Shown here in pieces: positions 1 to 12,011 of a stretch of 64,000 nucleotides of DNA (position 1 is its first letter; each line of letters opens with the position of its first letter). The notes under the pieces were generated by a model. The model did not search any database. It worked only from the letters and a program-made list of their open reading frames with translations, and was not told the DNA's origin. Made by a program: the position numbers and the translations under genes. Source of the stretch: Balanoglossus misakiensis (lineage: Eukaryota; Animalia; Hemichordata); contig CM082586.2 of the NCBI GenBank assembly GCA_040954595.2, positions 3,142,249-3,206,248 of the forward strand, written 5' to 3'.

Positions 1-68
1 CTTAGCGACCAACACAGACTGTAAGCAGTGTTTGCAGCGTTGGAGCAACAGTCGAAGCCCTTGTAGTC

Positions 69-3000
69 ATGGCGCTGCCATTTTTGCCTGGAAACACTTT
101 TACAGATCCAACAGTAAGTTGCTTTTTCCACATCAGATCAGATATTGTGTCGTGCTTTGATTAGGGGCTGCCACGTATATTTCGTCTTGCTTTTTGAATA
201 CTCGTGCATTCGAATTTTCGATCTTGTCCATGGCAGCCATGTTGAACATCAAAACATTGATCGTTACTTTAGCATGTACAAACTAACACCAATCCTCAAC
301 CCGGTATGAAATGGTATGTATCATGTAATGAAATCGTTGATATAAAATTTAAAAAGTGTGGTCATTCATCTTTTCGCACTCAGGTTTGCGTCAATTCATA
401 TTTTTGAAAGATGGTGTCAAAAGTAAAGCACCAACATTCACACGTATTGTTTTTGAATTGTTCTCCCCAACAGAAAAGCAAATTTCATCTAGCACACAGT
501 TTAGATTACAAAAATGGTTACTCGCTCCCAGCAGCAAGACCAGAGGTCGGAATCGGAGGAGAACCACTGCCGGTGAACCAACTCAGTGAGTCTGAACTTG
601 ACGAGCTAGCCAATCTCAGACCAACACTGACCTATGGACAAGCCAAGCAGGCACCCCCAGAGGATTTCATTCCAGCTCATGTTGCTTTTGATAAGAAGGT
701 AATGATATTGTTAAGTGCATTTGAAGATATTCATATTATCAGCATATAGTTTACTATGTTTAGAAAGAGCAGCCACTTCATCTGAAATAACTGATGATAT
801 GTTTTTCCCCCTTCACTTTCAGGTTTTAAAATTTGATGCCTACTTCAGGCAAACTGTGCACGAGTCCCCAGACGAATACTTTCGCATCCGTCCAGTCACC
901 ATCTACTACTACCTGGAAGATGACAGCATCTCCGTGGTTGAACCACATGTGGAGAACAGCGGGATGCCACAAGGCAAGCTGATCAAACGCCAGCGACTCC
1001 CGAAGAACGACCAAGGAGACCACTGGCACTGGAAGGACATGAACTTGGGAATCAATGTGACGTTCTACGGAAAACTCTTCCGTGTGGTTGACTGTGACCA
1101 TTTTACTAAGGTAACCTGAATTGCCATTGTCAGATCTTAACCCTTTCACCCCAGAGGTCCAACCTTACCATAGAAAAATAATGGATTTGGACTGAACCTT
1201 GGTTAAACACTATGGCATACAAAGACACCAAGAACTTGGGGTGAAAGAGTTAAACTTTAAAAGGTCGAGCAAGTCTTTCTGCATTGTTTTTTAGTGATCT
1301 ATATGTACATTTCAAAGGTTGCAATGTCGGTTTCATTCAAAAGTTTGTTAATTTTTCTTTTTCACAAATTTATCTCAGGAATTCATGGCAAGTGAAGGTA
1401 TAGACATGAACGGCCCCGAGGGGGTGCCCAAAGATCCCTACTCCAAAACACGTAAGGAGAAAGCAGCCCTGCGTATGTACAACACACCGTCCACCTTCGA
1501 CAAGCTCAAGCAGTTCCTGGAGCTCGACCGCAAGGTGTTGCGGTTCTACTGCGTGTGGGACGACCGAGACAGCATGTTTGGCGAAATCCGTCCGTACGTC
1601 ATGCAGTACTACCTGGTGGATGATACGGTGGAGGTGCGGGAGGTGCACGGACCCAATGACGGTCGCGACCCGTTCCCTCTTCTCTTACGCAGACAAAAAC
1701 TGCCAAAGGACAGATACAATGTCGAATGTGAGTGTCTGGATTTTTGTTTTAAATTTGAACACTGGGAAGTTAAGTTGGGTGACCATGAGAGAGAAATATT
1801 AACCATGTGCACTAGTGCAGACTTTCCTAATATATTTGCATGATTTCTCGTTCTTTCAGCAGCTGACATTTTTAACATGGCTGATCTCTTCCTCTCGTCT
1901 CCACACAGCTTCCTTCCCTTCAGTTGTAATGGAATTGTCCGACCATGAGATCAAGGACTGGTATACACCAAACGACTTCAAACTGGGCAACACCATCTTC
2001 ATCTACAACCGGCGCTTCCTGATCTACGACTGCGACGAGTTCACCAAGCAATATCTCAACCTCAAGTACGGCTTCACCGACTTCACACCGATCGACGTCA
2101 AGGGAGATGGACGCGGCCAGCCCCAGTTGGACCTGCCTCCGTACAACGGTTTTGGCTCGCTGGAAGATTCTCTGCAGTCCTGTCTCTCTCTCATCCCGCA
2201 GCCGCCCAAGAAAGATTTCATCAAAATGTTAGAAAATGACCACAAAGTTCTCCGATTCTCAGCAATTATGGTATGTTTTCCCACATCAATAATCACTTAT
2301 AAAATGTCAGAATCATGTGGATTTTTAATTTGCTGTACAGTTTATGTGGAGATGCAATAATCGTTTTTTTGAGTGAGATCATTCATGTGCTATACAGTCA
2401 CATGATCTTTGATTTCCACAACCCCCCCCCCCCCTTTTCAGAAAGAGCACACAGTGACACACATGAATTCAAACTTCTTCCTGTAGGACTCGGTGCGGCC
2501 TGAGGACAAAGGTCGCCGCTTCATCATCAGCTATCGCCTGGCCGACGACATGATGATGATCTACGAGCCCCCCGTCCGCAACTCCGGTATCATCGGCGGG
2601 AAATTCCTGGAGAGGACAAGAGTGACCAAGCCCGGAAGCAAGGCGGGAAGTCCCGAGTTCTACGGCCCCCAGGATATGTACATCGGCGCTCGCATCGAGG
2701 TGTTCAATCACCGCTTCGTCATCATCGATGCCGACGACTTCGTCCTCTACTACCTGGAACAGCGCAGTTCCGACTTCCCGGGAAGTGAAAAGACGATAGC
2801 GTCGATCCGGGAGCTGAAGATGTCCCAGGCGGGAATGCCCACAGCGACGCCAGTCAAAGGCGCACCAATTGAGGTCAAAAGAACGTAAGTAAAAAGACAC
2901 CCCCTAGTACAGTTGCATGACATGGTTTGATATCCCTTCTTTCCCTTCCTCCATGACAGTACCTAATAGTTACCATCCTTTTTCATTACATTACATTGCC

Positions 3001-3707
3001 TTGCATTACATTACATCAGATTGCATGACAAAGATAAGTAGAAATCACTGCTCAAATGTCACCTACCCCATGCTGGCTTTTGAATACATTTGAGTTAAAA
3101 GTAGTGGTTGTAAAGTTAAACAATTACATGTTTTGTTTCCACGCCAACCCTGACTTTTGTCCACTTTTTTTGTCCACACAGGCCAGGTGACATCGACAGA
3201 CTGGTCAAAGAAGTCCAAGCCCAGCTGAGAAAAGCCAACTACTTGAACCACATGACACTGCATGATGCCTTCCTCAACTACGACAAAGACAGAGTTGGGA
3301 AAATTGACGTGGCTGGCCTGAAGAGTGTCTGCAAGAGGAATAACTTACCCATTGACGACGACATCATGGATGCTGTAAGTAGCATAGCTGTACACCCCTG
3401 TTTTCAAAATGGGCTAAGCCAAAGATGATTGTTTTTGACTGATTTACTATAGTTTATGGGTGTTTAGCTGAGGATGAGGGGCTGCCACAGTAAATGTCAA
3501 GTCAAAAAGCAATGATATGCTTTTCTTGGTAATTCATGTCATATGTACTACAGTACTGCAAAACGGAGAGAATGCATGTCTGATTTACCGTCTAATCTAA
3601 CAATATCTTTCCTCTCACTTTCTCCGCAGCTTATTGTAGCGTGTGATCCAAACAACGAAGGGATGATTGATTATGACGGATTCATCAAGTGTTTGAGCTG
3701 GGCGTAG
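69..3707 (+). CDS. EFHC1: EF-hand domain-containing protein 1 (myoclonin-1 / Rib72 family axonemal microtubule inner protein; 3 DM10 domains + C-terminal EF-hand region), 8 exons, 645 aa
   Basis: Exons 69-113, 474-698, 823-1110, 1379-1727, 1909-2270, 2487-2884, 3182-3374, 3630-3707; all GT-AG with matching phases, 1938 nt total. Peptides [99 protein letters not shown] and [10 protein letters not shown] match the EFHC1 family as I recall it. Confidence 0.96.
1137..1253. mobile_element. piggyBac-like MITE (109 bp between TTAA duplications) in EFHC1 intron 3
   Basis: TTAA at 1137-1140 and 1250-1253; termini CCCTTTCACCCCA / TGGGGTGAAAGAG are inverted repeats (12/13). Internal sequence recurs inverted at about 38752-38852. 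Confidence 0.7.
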
Positions 3708-3970
3708 AGTACCAACCCCTGCTAGCAGAAAAATGTATTTATGGACACTCTAGAGACTTTTGAGAGCAAAACACACCCCAAAAAGACACATGGCCGTTCG
3801 ACGTGACCGTTGAAATGAATATATTGGTAAAAAAAATTACCAAGCATGTACATAGACCGACTAGAATATTTCTGGGGGGGAAATAGGCCTAGTAGGGCAA
3901 CAAAACACCGATATTTCAGCGTTTTTTAATCACATTACATGTATATTTTTCATTGCAAAAATGGCATCAC

Positions 3971-4268
3971 AATAAACTGTATCCTGATAGCTGAGCAGAC
4001 TTTTCAGAGTTGTGGTTCATATGGTGTATTCTTATTGTAAATATGGTATCTTGTAGAATCCTTGCAGAGAGATTATAGTGTGGTCATGGTTCTGACTGTA
4101 TTTCATCAAAAAAATCCAACATTTTAGGAATAGAAACATATTACAGTAGTTATGAATTCATCACTGAAAAATATCCATGCTTATACAATTATTTTTTATG
4201 TGTTACTTATAAGTGTTAATAATTTTAAAACAATTTCAATAAAAACATTGATGTGAAATGCAAATAAA
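3971..4268 (+). promoter_or_regulatory. Candidate EFHC1 polyadenylation signals
   Basis: AATAAA at 3971, 4238 and 4263 downstream of the stop at 3707. Confidence 0.45.
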
Positions 4269-4365
4269 GTGTCTTCAAGTTATTCCCCACACACACACAC
4301 ACACAGGCAGCCACACACACAATGCACAAAAACAATATGCAACAACCTATATCACTTGTTTGACG

Positions 4366-4371
4366 TTTATT
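4366..4371 (-). promoter_or_regulatory. Candidate FBXO10 polyadenylation signal (about 1.5 kb 3' UTR)
   Basis: TTTATT on + = AATAAA on -, just distal to the EFHC1 signals, with GT/T-rich sequence downstream on the minus strand. Confidence 0.4.
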
Positions 4372-5875
4372 TTGTTCAAAATCTAAAAAAAATTAGATTT
4401 TGTGTCTCTACCACTCATAGATACATGTGATAAAATCTATAACTTTCATAAAAGCATATGACATGATTGAAAATACAGTGACACAGGATATTTTTAATTA
4501 AAGAAATAACGGTGGTACACTTTTTGGGTGGGGACCATGGGAACCCTACATTCTTGTGTTTACCTCTTTCTTGAAATGGAAGTTTGGCTTTCTTCTTCAT
4601 CAGTGTGTTTTTCGAGATATTTTATGACATGGTAGAGTCACTTGGAATAGTGATAGTTTCATTTCAGTTCAATTCCATCTCTCTCTTGAATAAAAAGTTC
4701 TCACAAGACAACTTTCTCTATTTTACAAGTCTTTATAAAGTCATTTCTCTTCCTAGATTAATCAGACCAAGCAGTCTTTGTCAACAAATTGAAAAAAGAA
4801 GACGACAACATCACAACATCGTATTGCTCATGTCTGCTTTACGCATCTATATCAAAACTGGCAACAGTTGCCAGTAGATGACACTTATTTTCAGATTATG
4901 TTGAAGATAAAATATTGCTGTTCAACTATCCGATGCACATCATCATAATTTTTGTGTGTGACCTGATTCAAATATTCTTATAATTTCATTATTTCTTATA
5001 CATATGAGCTACTTACATGTCGTATTACATCCAATGTATAATGTACAACAAACATGTTAGATCTACGAAATTGCAAGCTATGGCCGGTCGGTGATAGTAT
5101 GAGGTTATTTGAGTAGATAATACTGACATGACGAAATAACAACACAACAATGCTGATATGGCAGCAAAAAAATATAAGTACATGTGCCTTTAAAAAATGT
5201 AAGTTTTGTGCCTTTACAAAATGTAAGGGATCAAGAAAGTGGGCAAGTGTTCCCTTTCCAAGAATATAGTGCAGTTCTTTGGCAGATCACCACCATAGAG
5301 GGCGCCTCGCGATCAAGGGTAATTGATCCTGTTATTTGGATTGCAAAAAATTCACTGGCAGTGTTCAAAGTATTCTACAGAAACTGTCTTCCAATGTTTT
5401 CCTCCTCTGTGAATTTCAACATGGTTACATTGAAGTATTAAACAAAACACGAATCAATTATTCCTGAATACAACACATTCAATTCAGAGCTGATAATATT
5501 CAGCACTCACGGTTCTACACTAACTCTTCACCTCCATGGCACTGTAAAATGGAAGCAAAAACTCATTCATTTCCATGTCAAGGCAAAGTGCAAGACTAGA
5601 CATGTTGCTTGGTAATTTGCATAATGCATAATGCAACTCAGTGTAAATGAACAGAGCGACGAAATGAAAAAAACAATCATTGTGATAAGAGTTGTGAAAA
5701 GTTCTGATTTTTTTTACAAAGTACATCTTGCTAAACAACCCACAGTACAGTTGAATAAATTTGCCGAATTGTGATTATTTATATTCCTTCTTTGTATTTG
5801 AATGTCTGCTGCAAAAGTTTGCTAATAAGGAGGGTACTACTCTCACCCTGTTGCCAAGGTTACACACTAAAAACT

Positions 5876-8800
5876 TTACAGTATTGCACATAATTTGCTT
5901 CCTTGTTGATTGGTCCCCAGTTTGGGATTTCGTACTCTGGTCGTCGTGGTTACATGTTTGGAAGGAGCTGTGGGTAGGGATTTGGGAGGAGCAACGTGAG
6001 GTCTGGATGGAGGATTTTCAAGTTTCCATGGTGATATTTTACACTCTGGTGAGGCTTTCTTTCCAGCGTTGTCTTGAAGGCTTGCTGCTGACTTCTCTCT
6101 GACAATAAAGTTTTACAAAAGAGGTTAGGCATTGGTTACAAATTAAAGGACTAAATTACATCAAAACTAAGACTGACCAGGTGTAAACAACAATATCCAA
6201 GTAATATGCGAATCATCAACTCACCCACTCAGATCACTGTAATTTGTGTATTCACACTGGACCACCTGGTTGTTCTTCATGACACACTGACTGTTGTCGT
6301 GCATATATTTATCAGCGTACAGACCACTGAAGAGCAGATTGTCCTCAACCAGGCCACAGGAAAAACTCAACATGGTGATTCCGTGGTCATTGCCGGAATA
6401 AACACGGTTCCGAAGCACCTGGCAAATTGAAAAGATGCCATATATGGATGATTGATTGTTAATTTTTGTAGGCAGAATGAAAAAAATACAGATACAGCTA
6501 TGTAGCTTTAAATTTGTTTTTTCTTCTGAAGACTGTAAATTCTCTCAGAATGTATGTACCTGAAATCCCTTTGTTGTTCCCCTTCCCAACTGTATCCCGG
6601 ACATCTGATTCCCAATGATGTCATTCTCCACGATTCTGCCACTTCCTCTCGTCACCACGCCATACTTGCTGTTGTCATAGATACCGTTGCCTTGGAGATC
6701 CGTGGAGCTGCTCTCCGTGATGGCCACCCCTGACCCGGCATTGCAGGTGACACTATTGTTGACCACCGTGGCAGTGGGTTTCTGATCCACGACGACGCCT
6801 GTGCCACAGTTGCCATGGATAGCGTTGGCCTCAACTCGGATTGGGTCACTGCCTTTAATGCAAATTCCATTACCTGTGCGAATAAAAAAACATTCCCTAT
6901 TACATATTAACACATCTGCATGATCTAATTTCACAACAGAAAAAAGCAGACATCGTATGGCAAATGTATGAAAGCTCCAATCATATAGAAATGACATGTT
7001 TCCCTACATGCAAATAAGAAAATCAAATATACATTTTCACTGAAGTAACGACATGATCTATATCTGTTTTCCTCTCATTTTTGCTGTTTATTTTTGTCTT
7101 CAATGAGCTTATCTTCATTTGTTGTACCCTGAATGAAATGGTTTGAATGAAATGAAAACTAAACACAATCTCCACTGACCTGCGTTGTGATATATGCTAT
7201 TATGTTCCACCGTGGCCACTTTCACAGATGGAATCTTTTCGCTTTCATCTTCCTCCTCGGGCACTTCAAGCTCGTTGCCATGACTACCTGCTGCCTCCAT
7301 GTTGCCGTGGTGACCGGCGTTCTCTCGATAGGCAACAAACGCAATGCCTGCGTCATTGTTGTTGCTGATTTGGTTGCCATGGACAAGCGGCTTGCTGGAT
7401 GACATAATCCACACACCATGGCCAAAATTACCTACAGACATGTAAAAATAAATCTTGTCAAAACTATGAGACAAATTTGGAGTCCAATTAACAAGAAGAT
7501 AGCCCTTGTATTTTTCTCTACAATTTTAATACAGCTACATGTAGATGTTTATTTATTATGCATGTACAATACCATTCCCTTACCACATCTCAAACTCGAC
7601 ATGTGACTGCCACACACACACACACACACACACACACAACACTAACAGAACCGTCAGCACAAAACAGTGTTCACTTACCATGGATGACATTGTTCTCAAT
7701 TCTACCAAGGGCGCCCTGTCCGATCACCACGCCGTCCGAGGCTCCATTGCATATCCAGTTATCCCTGACCAGTGGATTGCCACCGTTGCGAATGTCCACC
7801 CCGCCCCACTGATTGTTACTGACCATGTTATCTGAAGGGCAGGAACAAACATACGAGTTTAAAGTTTTGAAAGCTGATGTTGTAGATGAAAATGTGGGAG
7901 TCCCTTGATTTCCTCCCAGATTGAATATATGTGTGTCCCATTTATTGTGTACACGAGGGTGGATTTTTGACAGGGAGAATGTCTTTGCTTGTTAATCGCA
8001 GAGAACAGGGGTTGTGATTTCAATATATCTGAAACACAACACAGGACAAAGAGCCCTGGCGACGACCATATGTACATGTACCAGCATTAAACTGCCTTAT
8101 GATAAAACATAGCATGAGATGAATTCAACCTCTCTCTGCTCAGCTATGAATAGATACACTTTTGAAACAGCTGTCGTACACAGCATGCGGGTCGCTACGC
8201 TGCCCCGGGGGCACAAGAAGTGGGAGGAGTGTTTTTCTATTGTGCAAATATTGTCACAGCTCACGCATTACAGTTATTCACGCATCAGTTGTTCTTGCCA
8301 GTTACTGGTTGACTTCTGAATCCTGTGCTCGGTGTTAAGCGAGAGAGAGAGTCTAATTAATGCTCAGTTCCGTACCTGTTATCCTGCCTCTTCCATGTTC
8401 ATTGATTGCGATTCCCGCAGCTTTACCATTACACACTTTGTTGTGACTACGGACACACAAATAAAAAACATCAAACTCATCAAAAGGGATTTTAACATGC
8501 AAACAGCTTACACTGAAAATTAACTAATCATTATCTGTTGCTTGATTGCTTTTTCATTAGATTAAGTGTAAACCTTGTGAAGTACCAGTAACACTTACCT
8601 GACCACTGGGTTACCTTTGTACAAAATATAAATACCAGCTTCTTTGTTGATATAGATATCGTTATCACAGATGATTCCCTTGCCACCTCCCAGAACTACT
8701 ATTCCTGATCTCTTTCCATGATGAATGTGATTACACTGGAAATAAAATAAAACACAAATCATTCAGATTGTTAATCTGGTCCATGCGTATTTCTGATTCT

Positions 8801-10886
8801 TATTTAAAGTATTATGATGTTTCAGCAAAATTTCAGATGCCTAGTTTTGCTTCTTAACTACAGTCGATTCACCTCTAAACCAGGAGAAATGAATTTTTAA
8901 GCACATCCCCTTTTTTGTACCTGAATGACAGGATCAGCCTGTTTCCGGATGTCAATTGCAGCTTCTCCGTTGGCATAGATGTCGTTCCCGGCTACCACTC
9001 CTCCGGAATACAACCTCATGAAAATCCCGGAAGTCCTGCAGTGATGGATTAGATTCCACAGGACAGCAACCTGAAAGAAGGCAGAGTGCATTCACGTCCA
9101 TATTTTCCTTCATTTTTATGATAGCCAGGGAAATGAAATCAAAGTGGGAAATGTAAGTTGGAGCAAGGAACGTACCCTGCAGAACTAGTGTTTTGAAATC
9201 TACACTAAGGATACAAAAATCACAGCCTTACTTTTGTGAATTGGATGCACCGAATTCCATACGCACAATCCTCAATGTCGTTCCGGTAGAGTCGAATATC
9301 TCCATGGCAACTGACCATGATACCGCCGCCCTGGCATTTGTAAATTTTGCAATTCCGGATGAGACACCCCCGGAGTTTGTCCATGACCTCCTTCATTTTG
9401 GCATAGTTCCGGAGTTCCCGGTCCACCTGGTTCGACTCCTGCGATTGCACCGTGCACTGGAAGGACCGATCCTGGTACTTGCTCTGGACGAGTCGCTGGC
9501 CGGCGAGGTACGACAGACGGTGAACGGACGGGTCCGGAAGGCTCTCCTGCTCCACATCACTGTCCTCGGAGTCGCTGGAAATTTCCGACGTATCCGTGTC
9601 GTACAACAGGTACTGGTCGTCGTGCGGGTCTTCGTTCGCCTCCAGGACGCTGCTGCTCTGAGACAAACGGCTGGCAGTGGTCTCCGAGCTCAACGTCTTG
9701 GTCTCGTGGCGACCGTGGTGCGGCAGAAGGGACGACCCGGCGCGGTCTTTCAAATGGTCAATACTGTGCTGGTTTATCCTCGTCTGTACAGCCTCCAAGA
9801 GCTGCTTGTAAACCAGTCCATAGTCTGTGCTGGGATAGCCCCACGCATTGATTGCTGCCGAGTTGTTACTCTGTGTGAACTCGCAGTTCTCGATCAGACC
9901 GATGCTCACAGAGTCGAGTTCAACGGGAGCGTGCTTGAATTTTGAAAAACGTATGTGACAAGTGGCAGGGGCGTGAATCTCTATATTTCCATCTTCAAAT
10001 TGGCAGTTATCGATTTGCACATGTCCGAAAGTAGACTGAAATTGGAAGGTACACATGTTTGGTTGGACAACACAGTAACAAAAATTGCCAGACATATTTC
10101 TATCAAAAGTTTCAGCTTGTAAGTGTTCCAAAATTCAAAAAACAATTGATGCCATTACATGGACTCACTGAAAACAAGAAAAGTAAATCCAGATGAATTA
10201 TTGTTGGTTCTGTTTGATGATTATCATTTTGGTCACCTGGATGGTATTAATTGTCTTACCTGTATGATAGTTGATGTGAACCACGGCGCTTTAATGACAA
10301 GATTGCACAATCTGGCTGTTTCCGCCTGCAATTCAATGCTGGCCGAGAGCACTACATCACCGAGTTTACCGCATCCAACAAGTTCTAATGGCAGTTTCGA
10401 CAGCATCATGAATTGTTCGTCATAAGTGCCAGGGTGCAGGAATATTCGATCAAAGGCACTGGCATTGTTGAGGGCGTCTTTCAGATTCTGAAAGTCGCAT
10501 CTATTGCCGACGTGGAGAACCTTGCGATCGCGCCGCTTGCGAAAGACGTACAAGCACTGCGTCTGGTCCAGATCTTTGGAGTACTCGCACCAGACTTTGT
10601 TCGCCAGGTAGTGGTCTCTGAGGGCCTGCTTCCAGGATCTTGGTTCGACGTGGGGTGCGATCGGCCAGTTCGGGTGTCTCCATTCCGAGAAGCTGTAATA
10701 GAGCTGTCGCCACCGAGTGTTATCCAAGCAACAGACAAGATCGTTCCAGAGATGGCAAACTTGGCAACACCGACACAGATCGCTGAAGGAGAGATGGGTG
10801 AAACAGAGGCTCCATAGCTCCGGTGGTAGAGTTGGCGTCACAGGGCTGCACTTTTCTGTCGGGTTTTTCTGAGGCTTGGACGGCAT
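5876..10886 (-). CDS. FBXO10: F-box only protein 10 (F-box + CASH/PbH1 right-handed beta-helix repeats, C-terminal CaaX), 10 coding exons, 974 aa
   Basis: Exons (minus) 10886-10260, 10035-9232, 9070-8921, 8735-8599, 8446-8376, 7831-7679, 7431-7180, 6873-6560, 6418-6225, 6098-5876; GT-AG, phases consistent, 2925 nt. F-box LPPELWSLCF...CQVCHLW, then FBXO10-typical WRHPNWP..VEPRSWKQALRDHYLA, DRIFLHPGTYDEQ, GHVQIDNCQFEDG, beta-helix repeats (NxIxxNxxxGI) and WKLENPPSRPH...CAIL*. In-frame stop upstream of ATG 10886; acceptor at 10964 implies an upstream non-coding exon. Confidence 0.93.
7610..7637. repeat. (CA)n microsatellite
   Basis: Direct read, in a FBXO10 intron. Confidence 0.9.
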
Positions 10887-11978
10887 TTCGTCTCCAGGTG
10901 GGACCACCCACAGTTGAAGCTGCTAACGCCTTCGAGTCACAGTAATTGCACATTGGTAATCAACCTGTACAAGATAAAACAATACAGGTTCGCTTTATGT
11001 GTGATTCCGTGAGACACCGCGACACATAGACAAGGGCCTGTCACACCCATGGTGTTCTTTTGTTAAACACCATTATCTTCAATTGTGTGATTGGAGTGAC
11101 CAAGGTTAATATGCAGGGACACAGGGTCAAGTCATGTGTGTAGCAAGACGGGAGGCCATGTATCCAGGCACAGCGGAGGGTAGAAGCAAACTATTCTTGC
11201 ACTCAAAGTGCATTTGGATGGGGTCATCAGGGGATGTGGCTTTTGTCCAGAAAAAAAATTCACATTCTCCTTAACATTCCTAAAATAGAATCCATTAAAA
11301 GATAAAGGTGCCACCATGCCAAGTCAGTTTCACAGAAATGACAATGGTAGAAGTTTTTTCCTAGCGGTTCAGATGTGGTATAGTAATGGATTAAATTTTA
11401 GTCCGTTTTGTGAGTGGTAGTTCCTGGAATCACGGTCAGTTGCCATGGAGATATTTGACACTTATCCCAATATGACCAATGAGGGCACTGTCTGCTGTAA
11501 CAAACATATACCCTTGTCTGGCCACAGAGGGCATTGTTTGACTAAAAAATACAACAGGGTTAGTTTCAAATGTTGTACTGCCAGACCCAGGGTTGTTCAC
11601 ATCAGGAGAATAGGAGAAATAAAGGGCTATTCTACTACCTGTACAGCACTTCAAGAGTCTGTACAGCTTCCTGAAAATTACTATTAGTTTGAACCTGAAC
11701 TAGGATTTTAACTTGATTAAATTCACCATTGTTGGTGTGGGCGTAATCTGTGTATTATCCCTCATCCCCAATCTTCGAAATTAGAGTGAATGAAATTGGT
11801 ATTTAATTCTCTGACGTTGAAATTACATTCACTAACTGCAGTATAGCTTTTGGCAAGGTCGCATTAACAGCTGGCTTCACATCTATGCAGATTAAATACT
11901 GGCTATCTCAGTTGAAGGATGACAATGCAAGGTCTTTATGACAGGAATAATGTACACATGTGCAAATCATTGTTTTCC

Positions 11979-11979
<1 letters not shown>

Positions 11980-12009
<30 letters not shown>
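11980..12009. repeat. C30 homopolymer (G30 on the FBXO10 sense strand)
   Basis: 30 consecutive C. Confidence 0.9.

Positions 12010-12011
<2 letters not shown>

Noticed and set aside
1-10. CTTAGCGAC as half of an RFX X-box upstream of the ciliary gene EFHC1
   Set aside because: Plausible, but truncated by the window edge and imperfect.
9193-9945. 250-aa plus-strand ORF
   Set aside because: Antisense shadow of FBXO10 exon 2, co-extensive with it, non-ATG start, no recognisable motif.
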